From NCBI RefSeq assembly GCF_001194135.2, contig NC_068989.1, forward strand, positions 17,461,747 through 17,496,221: DNA of 34,475 nt. Reading direction: 5' to 3'. Positions within the stretch are counted from its first letter, which is position 1, and each line of letters begins with the position of its first letter. Below the pieces are notes generated by a model that was not told where the DNA came from, made no database searches, and was given only the letters and a program-made list of their open reading frames with translations. Made by a program: the position numbers and the translations under genes. The DNA is from Octopus bimaculoides (taxonomy: Eukaryota). Shown piece after piece: positions 1-11,432 of this stretch.

Positions 1-42
<42 letters not shown>
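1..42. repeat. (AT)n microsatellite
   Basis: Direct read. Confidence 0.95.
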
Positions 43-45
<3 letters not shown>

Positions 46-746
46 CAGGCATATATGGGTACAGGATGTCACCAACAGTGCAAATAACATGAAATACGTA
101 AACAATGAGTAAAAATGGAAAACAGGACAAGTTAACACAGAGAAAAGAACCTTCATCAGTTGTTGGCTGTCTATCTACTCCTCATTTCGAGAATTCAATG
201 ACAATTTATGGGAGCAACTGTTTTTGAAGACTCATATTGTCATTGAGAGAGAGAAGACCCAAAGAGTGACAGGTAATGCTAAGTAAGTGCTATGGACAGA
301 ACCATCGGTAAACTCTTGGTCCGATAGTGATACAATTGAGAAGTCTAACGTGGGTCTTGTATTAGCATGCATATATATGTTAGAGAGACTGAGAGAACAA
401 AGCCAAGGCTGTGCGGAATTTCCAGGACATTTATAAGGAAATAGTCTTGTTTCTACTTTCATTCTCTTATTTCCCTTTATATTCTCTATCTCCTTCTTTT
501 CCATAATAATTCGAACTTAAAAATTTAATCTTCTCACACCATCTCTCTCTCTCACACACACTCATGTGTGTGTGTATAAATATACATACACACACACATA
601 TATATATATATANNNNNNNNNNNNNNNNNNNNNNNNNNNNNNNNNNNNNNNNNNNNNNNNNNNNNNNNNNNNNNNNNNNNNNGATAAAACTCTTTTACAA
701 AAATTTTATCAAGAAGCCAGTGGGTTTTGAATACAGAATGTAAATG

Positions 747-1177
747 AAAGAACTAATTCTATCTACTAGTGGAACATGGCCTAAATTTTTAGGGAAGGAG
801 TATGGTCGATTATATCAACCTCTATGCTCAACTGGTACTTATTTTATCGACTTAAAAAGAAGGAGAGATAAAGTCAACCTCAGTGGAATTTGAACTCAGA
901 TGGTAAAGTTGGAAAAAATGCTGCTAAACATTTTGTCCGGCGTGTTAACGATTCTGTCTGCTCGCCGCTTTGTCCGGAAGAAGATAATCTTCCCTGTTAC
1001 AAACGCAAGACATGAAATTTTGGGAGCGAGGGTAAGTCCACTGGTATTTTATCGACTTCGAAAGGATGAAAGCAAAAGTCGACCTCGGTGGAATTTGAAC
1101 TCGAAATGTAAAGACATAAGAAATGCTGTTAGGCATTTTGCCAAACGCGGTAACGATTCTTCCAGCTTGCCACCTTT
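747..1177 (-). mobile_element. Two tandem copies of SINE family A
   Basis: Two copies (~747-968, ~984-1177) of the reverse complement of core ctgagttcaaattcc..gaggtcgactttgcctttcatcctttcg..gtcgataaaataagtaccag. Confidence 0.75.
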
Positions 1178-2042
1178 AGCCAGAAGAAAATAATGCAAAA
1201 CATTTTTGTCTGAAGTTTTAACGATTACTAGTAACAAAGCATTCACACTTGTTCCTATGAAAAACTTCAAGTAGTTGAAAAAAAATTAACATGACCCAGT
1301 ACTAATTTAATATAATCGACTAACTCACTCTCCAATAAATTTCAGATCTTGTACGTTTGTTTGAAACAATTATTTTCTATAGGACAATAATTACGCTTGA
1401 AATTTAAGAAACACGCAAAGCATTAGTTTCAGAATGTAGTTAAAGGGAGGTAACTCCTACTGTTTAACTTTGTATATTAACAAAAGCTCCAATTGAAATA
1501 TTTCGGAGTTGCTAAAGGTTTGTCGAGTTGTTGAAACACAAGTAATCACATAGAGAGGAAAAATAATTTTTTGCCATTTAAAAAGACACAAAACTGTAAT
1601 TTATCAACTACAATGTGGCCAAACTTTAGTGGAACGACGAAAATGCTAAAACACCGAAAAATGAATGTGTTTCTAAATGGTTTAGAGATGACTCTTTTAC
1701 AATATGATAGCTAAAATAAAGAAACTTTCATGTTAAGGATAAACAATTACTTAAAAACTTATTTAAAATTTTAATAACAGTCGCTTTTTCATCACCATCA
1801 TCATTATCATTATCATCATCATCATCATCCGTAGCAGCAGTTAACGTCAATGTTCCATGCTTTTATGGGTTAGGTAAGTTTGACAGGATTCGATGGGCCC
1901 AAGGACTACATCGTGCTTCGGTATCAGCTTTAGCATGGTTTCTATAGCTATAAATGCTATTAAATTATCCATCTATATATAAAATTTGATATCTGTTTAT
2001 TGTAAACGAAAAATACTAAGCATATGTAAGAAATAGATTTCA

Positions 2043-2215
2043 AATTTTAGCACGGAGCTAGCAATTTCGGTGGAGGAGGTAAGTCGATAACATCGCGACT
2101 CCAAAAGGATGAAAGGCAAAGTCGACCTTGGTGGAATTTGAACTCAGAACATAAAGATAGGCGAAATACCACTAAGCATTTTGCCCAGTGTGATAACAAT
2201 TCAGCCAGCTCGTTG
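2043..2215 (-). mobile_element. SINE family A copy
   Basis: ggatgaaaggcaaagtcgaccttggtggaatttgaactcagaac core. Confidence 0.75.
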
Positions 2216-2663
2216 CTTCTAAAAACAGTTTCTCTCTATCATCTTTGGCCCGTTTTCCTTCTACCTTTTACAAAACGATTTTGTGAAGACTTAGCTCACA
2301 CACATATATTAACAAACTTCATTCACACAAACCTTGAACTTCCTCGTTCTACAAACTTAATGGCAGACGTATATAAGGACTGAACAAGAGAATTTTGATG
2401 TAAACCAACTGTCATCCAAAATATAAACTTTTGTTTGTTTTTTTNNNNNNNNNNNNNNNNNNNNNNNNNNNNNNNNNNNNNNNNNNNNNNNNNNNNNNNN
2501 NNNNNNNNNNNNNNNNNNNNNNNNNNNNNNNNNNNNNNNNNNNNNNNNNNNNNNNNNNNNNNNNNNNNNNNNNNNNNNNNNNNNNNNNNNNNNNNNNNNN
2601 NNNNNNNNNNNNNNNNNNNNNNNNNNNNNNNNNNNNNNNNNNNNNNNNNNNNNNNNNNNNNNN

Positions 2664-3015
2664 GGTTAGAGCAGCGGACTCGTGATCATAGGATCGCGGT
2701 TTCGATTCCCAGACCGGGCGTTGTGAGTGTTTATTGAGCGAAAACATCTAAAGCTCCACGAGGCTCCGGCAGGGGATGGTGGTGAACCCTGCTGTACTCT
2801 TTCACCACAACTTTCTCTCACTCTTACTTCCTGTTTCTGTTGTGCCTGTAATTCAAAGGGTCAGCCTTGTCACGCTGAATATCCCCGAGAACTACGTTAA
2901 GGGTACACGGTCTGTGGAGTGCTCAGCCACTTGCACGTTAATTTCATGAGCAGGCTTGTTCTATTGATTGGATCAACTGGAACCCTCGACGTGGTAAGCG
3001 ACAGAGTGCCAACAA
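2664..3015 (+). mobile_element. tRNA-derived SINE, (CAA)n-tailed family, 5' end in gap
   Basis: ggttagagcagcggactc..ggtttcgattccc tRNA-like head; near-identical to 12364-12759. Confidence 0.8.
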
Positions 3016-3285
3016 CATATATTAAATATTAGATGCTGACTGTAGAAACAGAAAAAAGTGACATAAAACTAACCATAAATATATATACATACAAGCAAAA
3101 CGAGAATGTGAAACAGTAAAAAGCAGTGATGTAACAGGGTGTTTGGACTGTACAGGATGGCCACTTTCTATGCATAGTCAAAGGTATGTTATGTTTTAGG
3201 AAGTGGGTAACATAAACTCAACTATTCACTGCCAGAGAAAGATTCAATTGTGGCTGAGAAACCAAAATTTATTAATAATAATAAT

Positions 3286-3503
3286 AATCCTTTCTACTGT
3301 AGGCACAAGGCCTGAAATTTTGGAGGAAGGGGACTAGTCAATTACATCAACCTCAGTGCATAACTGGTAATTATTTCATCAATCTCGAAAAGATGAAAGG
3401 CAAAGTCAATCTTGGCGGAATTTGAACTCAGAATGTAAGGACGAATGAAATACTGCAGAACATTTTGCCTGGCATGCTAACGATTATGCCAGCTCACTGC
3501 CTT
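3286..3503 (-). mobile_element. SINE family A copy
   Basis: Same core with (TAA)n tail at 3272-3286. Confidence 0.78.
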
Positions 3504-3533
3504 AATAATAATAATGATGATGATAATAATAAG

Positions 3534-3785
3534 AGATTCAAATAGTGACAAACCTATCATTGATGCAAAAAACATTAAACAAAAAGCAAAGAAGGCTTGC
3601 ATGAAAAATATCGAAGACAACTGGAAAGGTAAATGAAAAATACCCTAACTGCCTGTCCAAGCCAGATATTGATCAAAATCTAACACACCAATGGCTACAA
3701 GGGACAGGTCTGAAAGGGGAAACAGAAGGTTTTGCTATTGCAGCACAAGATCAGTGCTTACCTGCCAGAAACTACCATGCAAACA
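3534..3785 (+). mobile_element. R4/Dong-like (RLE) non-LTR retrotransposon fragment
   Basis: Translates DIDQNLTHQWLQGTGLKGETEGFAIAAQDQCLPARNYHAN, the W..GLK.ETEG..IAAQDQ motif upstream of the CCHC in RLE LINEs. Preceded by (TAA/TGA)n. Confidence 0.7.
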
Positions 3786-3904
3786 GAGGAATTGAGAATT
3801 GGTGGCTTTGTGCATTTTAAAACTAATTCCTCTCTAAGTTATCTCCCTTGACATTATAACAATCACTTCTAAATTTTTACCTATTTCGTTTTTATCACTC
3901 AGAG

Positions 3905-4215
3905 CAGAGGTTCTCAGTTTTTTTTTTATCCATGGACCCCTTTGATTACTGGTGAACTCCCATAGCCATTCAATATTTAAAAACTAGTTTTATAGAAACG
4001 TCTTTCGAAATTCTTATTTTGTTTTTCATACATTTGCTCGTATAGGTTGAGCTATGTAAAACGATCGAAAAAGAAACCTTTCTGTTTCTAGCAATACATA
4101 CCAATACATACACAAAAAACAAAACTTTTTTCGGGGCCTTTAACATACTATTCTGGATCCCCAATTTATTCTTTTGTTGCGTGGGCGCCACATGGACTCC
4201 GGTTGAGAACCATTG
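3905..4215. mobile_element. Older hAT-type MITE
   Basis: Imperfect TIRs cagaggttctcag / ggttgagaaccattg; flanks ACTCAGAG / ACTTAGTG (6/8 match). Confidence 0.6.
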
Positions 4216-4386
4216 ACTTAGTGCTACCATAGGTTTTTGTGGAATATAATATGCTGGAGACAAACAATATATTAGTTTCTTCTTATCTACTTACTATTGT
4301 GTATGTGTATGTGTCTCTATCTATCTATCTATTTGTCGATATATACATCTACTGCTGACTGTTTTACACACACGCACACATTGATT

Positions 4387-4957
4387 GGATCTTTTTTGAA
4401 ACGGGGACCACATTTTTCATTAATGTTTTACGTAGTGTTTTTGGTACCGAAAGACTTTCAAACTTCGTATACTTATCTATTTTGTGTTATAGAACAGAAA
4501 AATATTTTTGTATTCGAATTTATTTCATGTAAAAGATTGTCTTATTTCGATAATTTCAACCAATCACTGACAAGTATTCAGTTGTTTATATTTACTCCTT
4601 TGGCTGATTAAGCGGTGTAAAGCGTATTTAATTTCCATAGCTTCGTTTTGCTTTTTTCTTTTTAAATTTGCTGTTTTACCCTAACCCTAACCCTAACCCT
4701 AACCCTATCACCGATAGAATTGTTTCAGAATCGTTTGTTTATGTAGTCGGCACTTAATGTATATCGGCTGAATGGACGTCAGTGATTGGTTGAAATTACA
4801 GAAATACGACAAATTTAACATGGAATAACTTAGGGATTTCTTTTTTTTTAAAGAAGACTAAGAGAAAAAGATGTTTTATATGACACATTCTACCAGTGTT
4901 CCAAGTTTCAAAGTGTTTCGTTAATGAAAAATGTGGCCCCCGTTTTAAAAAAGATCC
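4387..4957. mobile_element. Foldback MITE, GGATC termini, 8-bp TSD (Merlin-like), internal (CCCTAA)n
   Basis: ~37-bp TIRs (ggatcttttttgaaacggggaccacatttttcattaa / ttaatgaaaaatgtggcccccgttttaaaaaagatcc), flanks CATTGATT/CATTAATT, arms inverted further inward. Confidence 0.8.
4679..4707 (-). repeat. Interstitial telomeric repeat (TTAGGG)4-5
   Basis: ccctaa x4 + ccct on the + strand, inside the MITE. Confidence 0.9.
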
Positions 4958-5585
4958 CATTAATTATCTTTACAGAGGATCATCGTCTATTCGTGCTTTC
5001 TCGTTGTCAATGCCATTTCTGTCCAAGACCTTTCAGATGACTTTCCAGTCCCGTTACAGATCTGCATGGTTTGAAACATGGTTCACAGGCGAAAGTAAAA
5101 AATTCACAGAGTTAGGGTTACGTCGAAAACGGGTGGTGTGCGTATTCTTTACTTCCGCCACCTTCTGTGCGCTTCGAACTGGTTAGGTCTGCATACGTTG
5201 CCACTCTTCTATCGCCATAGAACTTTCAGTAGATGGAATGACAAATGAGATCACAATAAATAGTCATCTGTGCGTAACTGCTTTATAGTGATAAACGTTT
5301 GTACAACATGACTACCACTGTCTAAGACCTTGTGATTTGTAGCAAGTGACTGGCTGAAGCAAGATGACCTGTGATAACATGAAACTGCTGGTATTACATC
5401 AGTATCCCCACGCTAGATAGATGCTGGGATTTCCAGTGGTTTTATTGCGCGCCCTCACACCAACCAATAGTATTTTTGTTCCTTGGAACTCAACACATCT
5501 GTCCGTCCGTTCATTCATCCATGTATGTATGTATGTATGTGCGTGCTTGGTGTGTGTGTGTGTGTGTGCGCGTGCGTACGTGTGT

Positions 5586-5802
5586 GCATGAGTGCCAATA
5601 CCGCCTGACTGGCCTTTGTGCCGGTGGCATGTAAAAGCACCCACTACACTCTCGGAGTGGTTGGCGTTAGGAAGGGCATCCAGCTGTAGAAACTCTGCCA
5701 AATCAGATTGGAGCCTGGTGTAGCCATCTGGATCACCAGTCCTCTGTCAAATCATCCAACCCATGCTAGCATGGAAAGCGAACGTTAAACGATGATGATG
5801 AT
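5586..5802 (+). mobile_element. (GAT)n-tailed RTE-3'-end family copy (SINE or truncated RTE)
   Basis: ccactacactctcggagtggttggcgttaggaagggcatccagctgtagaaactctgcc..ccatgctagcatggaaagc..gatgatgat. Confidence 0.8.
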
Positions 5803-5995
5803 ATAGGGAGAATTCACAAAAAAACAAAAAAACAGATGAAGACAGGTGGTGTAGAAAACAAACAGATGTATTAGTATGCTCGGGAAATGAAAAAAAGTCT
5901 TTAACATTTCGAGCCTATGCTCTTTCACAGAAAGGAACGCAGAAAGAAACAAGGAGAGAAGAACGGAGAGTATAGTGGCTAGCGATCTATCATGG
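5803..5995 (-). mobile_element. Probable Penelope pLTR-like fragment with decayed minimal hammerhead
   Basis: Minus strand 5934-5899 reads CTTT-CTGTGAAA-GAGC-ATAG-GCTC-GAAA-TGTT-AAAG. Confidence 0.4.
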
Positions 5996-6612
5996 CGCAC
6001 ATGTGTTTGTAATTCTATTTTCTATGTATCTTTCTAAATAAACATACACAAACACATTTACACTCATTCAAATATATAAATATATTTTATACAAACACAC
6101 ATTCCTCCCTTTTACATGCACACACATATACTCACACAGAGTTGAAGCGCTGTTTGATTTTTGTTTCACTGTTGACTTTCCAACATCCCACTTTCATCGG
6201 TAGATCACCCCTTCCTCTCTCATTCATATGTCGTGACAGAGAAATACACAAGAGTATTATTATAATAGATTATTATAGTAGAACATACACAATGCTCTCT
6301 TTGCCACATATGGATACAGAAAATCACATCCTTAATTGTTGAATTCTTCATACAAAGTCAATAATTATTTCTGTTGCATCAACATATATTTAGATACAGA
6401 AAATATGCAATTAATATATCCTAAAATACATGTTAACACATAAATATAGATAAATATGTATGTGCGTATACATATACATATATGATATTCAATTTCTTCA
6501 TCAGTTTTCATTGGTGAACAATTCCAGTCTTTTATTCTTCATTGTGAACAGATACTAGAATTTTTAAAATGAAAACCTAATCAGTAATTACACCTTAACA
6601 CAATTCTTTTAG

Positions 6613-6819
6613 AACTCAAGAGAAAAAGAACGAAATGCTACTCTTGTTATTAATATGAATGGCAGTGAGACAAGAATCACTGACCCTCAAAATGCAGAAA
6701 GTGTTCACAAATTTAATTTTGACTACAGTTATTGGTCTCATGATGGTTTCAAAGAAGAAGAAAATGGTTATTTTTCTCCAGATCCAAGCCACCCCAACTA
6801 CAACAAATATGCTGATCAG
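6613..6819 (+). CDS. KIF28P: Kinesin-3 (KIF28P/KLP-6-like) motor domain, first exon found in window
   Basis: Acceptor ttttag at 6607-6612, donor cag|gttaga at 6820. Translates NSREKERNATLVINMNGSETRITDPQNAESVHKFNFDYSYWSHDGFKEEENGYFSPDPSHPNYNKYADQ; FDYSYWSHDGF..YADQ is typical of kinesin-3/KIF28. Phase 0-0. Confidence 0.92.
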
Positions 6820-6925
6820 GTTAGACTTTTAATTAATTGCTTAAATTAATTTGCTCAATTAATTGTTTGAATTGATTTGTTCAATGTTATATGGAATTTT
6901 GACATGTTGTTATTTTGTTATTATT

Positions 6926-7146
6926 AAGATGGTGAGCTGGCAGAATCATTAGCACATTGGACAACATGCTTAACAACATTTTGTCTGTCTCTATGTTCTG
7001 AGTTCAAATTCTGCTGAGGTCAACTTTGCCTTTCATTCTTTCAGGGTCAATAAAATAAGTACCAGTTGTGCATTGAAGTTGATGTAATCAACTAAACCCC
7101 TCCCAAAATTTCAGGTCTTGTGCAGTATTATTATTATTATTATTAT
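6926..7146 (+). mobile_element. SINE family A copy
   Basis: gatggtgagctggcagaatcattag head, ttctgagttcaaattc B-box, (ATT)n tail. Confidence 0.78.
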
Positions 7147-7998
7147 TGAAGGTGTCACACAGTATTCAACATTGTGATGTTGTAGATTGAAGATATTGTG
7201 TGTACCAGGGGTTTGTATGATCTGTCAAGTCACAAGGACCTCAGATAGACAGAACTTTACACAGTATGCATGCAGTTCCAAGTAAAGCTGATTTTTGTGA
7301 TACACCTAGATCATAGGGTATTTCTAAAGTGTCCAGATACTTCTTCAGGCTTGGTGGTATTGATCCAAAGCTCCAATGACAACGGGAACAACCTTTATGT
7401 TTGACTTCTGCAGCTGCCACATCTTGGCGACCTCAATTCTCAGATCTCCATATTTGTAAACTTTTCCTCTTTCTTTCATGATAATATGTTGATCTCTTGG
7501 CACTGCCATGTCGATTATTAGGCACTCTTGTTTGTCCCTCCTAAAGGTATAAGCTCTAACACCTTGTCTGTCTGAAAGGCAAAGTCCCAGGGGATCTTTG
7601 CCTTCCTGTTTCCATCCATTGCTTTTCTGATGTATCTTGGTACCAAGCATCTATTACCACATATCCATGCTTCTGACATAGTAGCCAGTGAAAGTATTAG
7701 GCTACCTTGTCATGTTTGTACTTGTACTCATTCTGCACAAGACTTTCACATGCGCTAAAAGTGTGAATCACACTTTAAACCTTCTTCCCACACATTCTGC
7801 AGAGGTTTGTTGCACATGTGGTGCAGATATTCATTTTCACTGAGATGCTATTTAATGCCTTGTCCTGATCAGCAATGATTAGGCTTTCAGTTTTTTTTTA
7901 AGGTCACCCTTGCTGAACCACCTCTATGATGCTTCTTGGTCTTTTAAGTTGTTAGTTTCACAGTGGAACTGACTATGTAATTCCATGCGGAGCAGAAT
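7147..7998 (-). mobile_element. 5'-truncated R4/Dong-like (RLE) LINE, degenerate
   Basis: Minus strand has WFSKGDL..TESLIIADQDKAL, CRMCG..H..C (CCHC), then ECLIIDMAVPRD..KY.DL..E..VVPVVIGAL (restriction-like endonuclease). (ATT)n on both flanks. Confidence 0.85.
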
Positions 7999-8013
7999 TT
8001 ATTATTATTATTA

Positions 8014-8566
8014 AGTGAGAGAGCAGTGCATGCCATCAAAGTGACACTGGGGTACAATATACAAAGCCTATTATATCCATCATGACTACCCGTTTGATAA
8101 GGATACACCAGGCACATGCATCACAACTATATGTGCGCAACACGGTGATCTCATATCAAGATAAATAACACATGACCTTGCAGGTGGGGCCCAGTTAGAA
8201 TTTTCTTCAGGTCGAGTAGCCCATCCCATTCAAAAGGTCTCTGAATAAGGTTTCTTTAAGGATGTTGAGCAAAACACCTATGTTTCCAGAGGTGAATTAT
8301 TCAAACCCCAAAGAATTCCTCTCAACACATAGCTATGATGCTCCCCCACTACTTCTGCTCATGATCAGAGATGCACATATCGTCAGCCACCAAGGGACAT
8401 GCTCAACTGGTTAAGGTCAAACAACTGACAAGCAAATCTGTGATATTAAGCAGAATATTTGCTGTAGGCCATCTTTTATACCAAGACAAAACAATGTACA
8501 TGATAACACTTCCAATCAATTAAGATCAGAAGCCATGAGAGCCACTGCCTGGTACTGCATCCGGGC

Positions 8567-8568
<2 letters not shown>
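8014..8568 (-). mobile_element. (TAA)n-flanked non-coding retroelement
   Basis: (ATT)n on both sides; a shorter copy at 9061-9205 keeps only the left end, consistent with 5' truncation of a minus-strand retrocopy. Confidence 0.65.

Positions 8569-8569
<1 letters not shown>

Positions 8570-8622
<53 letters not shown>
8570..8622. repeat. (ATT)n microsatellite
   Basis: Direct read. Confidence 0.95.
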
Positions 8623-8623
<1 letters not shown>

Positions 8624-8727
8624 GACCTCAGTATTTGACTGGTACTCGATAAATTAAGTACCAGACAAGTACTGGGGTCAATGTGATTGACTTTACCCTC
8701 CCCCAAAATTTCAGGCCTTGTGCCTAT

Positions 8728-9032
8728 TGTTGTGGGAAGAGTCATGACACCCCCCCCCCCTGCAAGAATAGACTTGACCAAATGACTATAAATAGTAGCG
8801 GTCTGAGTAAGAGGGAGAGTAGGCGTTAATCACAGGAAGTCGTAAGGTGTTGTTTTGGTGGTTTGTTGGAATATCAATTGTTGGTTCATGTATAGTTAAT
8901 TGGATTGTTACATTGTTGTTACCCTGCTTCGTTATATATTTTATTGTTACTACATGGTTATAGTGTAAACAAGTGTTGTCATAAATAGTGGCAATACTAC
9001 AATAATTGGTGATGAGTAACTATGTTACAACA
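8728..9032. mobile_element. Solo LTR (305 bp)
   Basis: Starts TGTTGT, ends ACAACA; 5-bp TSD CCTAT at 8723-8727 and 9033-9037; splits a SINE 3' end (gtgcctat|aatagaaagg); TATA-like ctataaatag inside. Confidence 0.8.
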
Positions 9033-9060
9033 CCTATAATAGAAAGGATTATTATTATTG

Positions 9061-9205
9061 AGTGAGAGAGCAGTGCATGCCATCTAAGTGACACTGGCGT
9101 AAAAATATACGAAGCTCAGTATACCCATCATGACTACCCGTCTGATAAAGGTACACTAGGCACGTGCATCACAACCATATGTGCATGACATGGTGATCTC
9201 ATATC
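9061..9205 (-). mobile_element. Truncated copy of the 8014-8568 element
   Basis: gtgagagagcagtgcatgccatc..ggtgatctcatatc, flanked by (ATT)n. Confidence 0.65.

Positions 9206-9270
<65 letters not shown>
9206..9270. repeat. (ATT)n microsatellite
   Basis: Direct read; explains the poly-Ile ORF 9134-9343. Confidence 0.95.
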
Positions 9271-9271
<1 letters not shown>

Positions 9272-10199
9272 TAGTAGTTGTAGGTAAATCTTAATTTCTG
9301 GTTTTTCTTTAACTGAAAGCAGGTAATATACTGATGCTTTCAAGTAAGGCTTTCTCCTGTTTTCTCAAAAAGATAAAACTTTCCTTAAGATATGAGCTTT
9401 ACCTAACAAAGCTGTTTTCTGGACTGCTTCAAGCCTGATCATAACTCCAATATGCTCGATGTACTTTTCAAACCCTTCTATGATCTTAACCTCCTTTTCA
9501 TCTTTATTGATGAACATAACATCTGATCACACTATATATTACTATACCAGAGGATTTTATATTGTTTATTTTTCACTACCTCCTCTGGCTTATGCTCATA
9601 CCATTGCACAGTTCTTTCAAAGTTTGCTTAATCACACAGCTGCCAGTGTACATATCTGGCCACATTGTCATATCTTCTCCAATATTCATGCCGTGCAAGC
9701 TTACTGTTCTCACTGACAATATGGCTTATGTTTTCTCCCTTTTCAGAACATGTTTTACTTAGTGGCAAGTCAATACTTTGATCAATATATATATATGTTT
9801 TTTTAATTGTCTTGTTTTTCCATCTTCTTCACATCCATCTGTTACTTCAGCCTGTATCTTATAATTGTTGGATTCATTGAAGAGAGGAAACGGTATCATA
9901 ATAATTTAAATAACATTATTTTTATTGTGTATTTTCATTGCTCAGTAAAGCACAGTTCTGTATCACTCAGGTTGCATGCACTGTTTTACTTTACTTATGA
10001 GTTTTATACTGAACAAGAACCTTTCCCAAGTAATGAAAAACCTTCGTGCCAAATTTAGTACAGATTGATCCAGCAATTTGGCCATGCATAGAGGAGACAT
10101 ACACCCCCCCCCACACACACACGCACGCACACACACAGAGTGAATTTTATATATTAAGATTAAGACTTTTCTATGTAATATACATACTGCCTTATATTT

Positions 10200-10412
10200 G
10201 TTTATTGTCCACAGGGGGCTAAACATAGAGGGGACAAACAAGGACAGACAAAGGGATTAAGTCGATTACATTGACCTTCAGTGCATAACTGGTACTTATT
10301 TATTCGACCCTGAAAGAATGAAAGGCAAAGTCAACCTTGGTGGAATTTGAACTCAGAACGTAACAGCGGGCGAAATACCAGAGTGCTAACAATTCAGCCA
10401 GCTCGCTGCCCT
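10200..10412 (-). mobile_element. SINE family A subfamily with alternative tail
   Basis: Family A core plus ccacagggggctaaacatagaggggacaaacaa tail, shared with 20848-21066. Confidence 0.75.
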
Positions 10413-10654
10413 TTATATTGCCTAATATTGCTGTTCTGTTTAGAGTACTATAGTAATATATGAGTACTATGTACAGTGCTATATGGTGCAATGTTCTGTA
10501 TGTTGTCTCTCTCTCTCCATATGTATCTGTAAATGAAATTATGAGGCTTTTCTGATGAAAATTCTAATTTTATATAATTATTTCTATTAGAAAGTGAGTG
10601 CTCTATTATTAGCTTTTACAACAAGATATTTCATGTATTATTTTCTGGTTTCAG

Positions 10655-10787
10655 AAAAAAATTTTTGATGATCTTGGTCTTGGAATCCTTCATAATGCTT
10701 GGGAAGGATATAACTCAACAATGTTTGCTTATGGACAAACTGGGTCCGGCAAAAGTTGGTCTATTGTTGGGTATGGAAATAATAAAG
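10655..10787 (+). CDS. KIF28P: Kinesin-3 motor exon with P-loop
   Basis: tttcag| acceptor, G|gtaagt donor. KKIFDDLGLGILHNAWEGYNSTMFAYGQTGSGKSWSIVGYGNNK(G) contains the Walker A GQTGSGKS. Continues in frame from the previous exon. Confidence 0.95.
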
Positions 10788-10814
10788 GTAAGTACTATAA
10801 CACACACTGTCATA

Positions 10815-11018
10815 TACTCTTTTACTTGTTTCAGTCATTTGACTGCGGCCATGCTGGAGCACCGCCTTTAGTCGAGCAAATTGACCCCAGGACTTATTCT
10901 TTTTAAACCTAGTACTTATTCTATCGGTCTCTTTTTGCTGAACTGCTAAGTTACGGGTACGTAAACACACCAGCATCAGTTGTCAAGCGATGGTGCGGGA
11001 ACAAACACAGACACACAA

Positions 11019-11049
<31 letters not shown>

Positions 11050-11432
11050 CATATATAAAAACAAATAGTAAATGAGTATATGCATATATACGTACAGGTA
11101 TGTGCATACCGACATCCACCTGTATGTATAGGTGCATATCTGAGTACAGGACATTGCAAACAAAACGTAGACGAGAAAATACACAAGCCACATAGAGAAC
11201 ATTCTTCTTCATCAGCTACCCCCGTTTTAACACCGGCATTTCGAATATATATATATATACATATATACGATGGGCTTCTTTCAGTTTCCATCTACCAAAT
11301 CCACTCACAAGGCTTTGGTCGGCCTGAGGCTATAGTAGAAGACACCTGCCCAAGGTGCCACGCAGTGGGACTGAACCTGGAACTATGTGGTTGGTAAGCA
11401 AACTACTTACCACACAGCCACTCCGGCGCCTA
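10815..11432 (-). mobile_element. tRNA-derived SINE family C with internal microsatellite
   Basis: Homologous to 32512-32930; the internal (CA/TA)n tract carries an extra ~190-bp insert. Confidence 0.82.

Noticed and set aside
2664-2720. tRNA-like sequence (also 12375-12450)
   Set aside because: No complete cloverleaf or acceptor stem, and it continues into a shared 350-bp body with tail and TSD, so it is a SINE head rather than a tRNA gene.
4896-5186. 96-aa ORF / CpG-rich patch as the missing first kinesin exon
   Set aside because: No VKVAVRVRPF-like beta1 motif in any frame I read, and the ORF begins inside the MITE TIR. The first coding exon was not found (upstream of the window or in a gap).
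8014-8568. CTGACGA and CTGAAGA boxes on the minus strand of the TAA-flanked element
   Set aside because: No stem II followed by GAAA downstream of either box; not a hammerhead.
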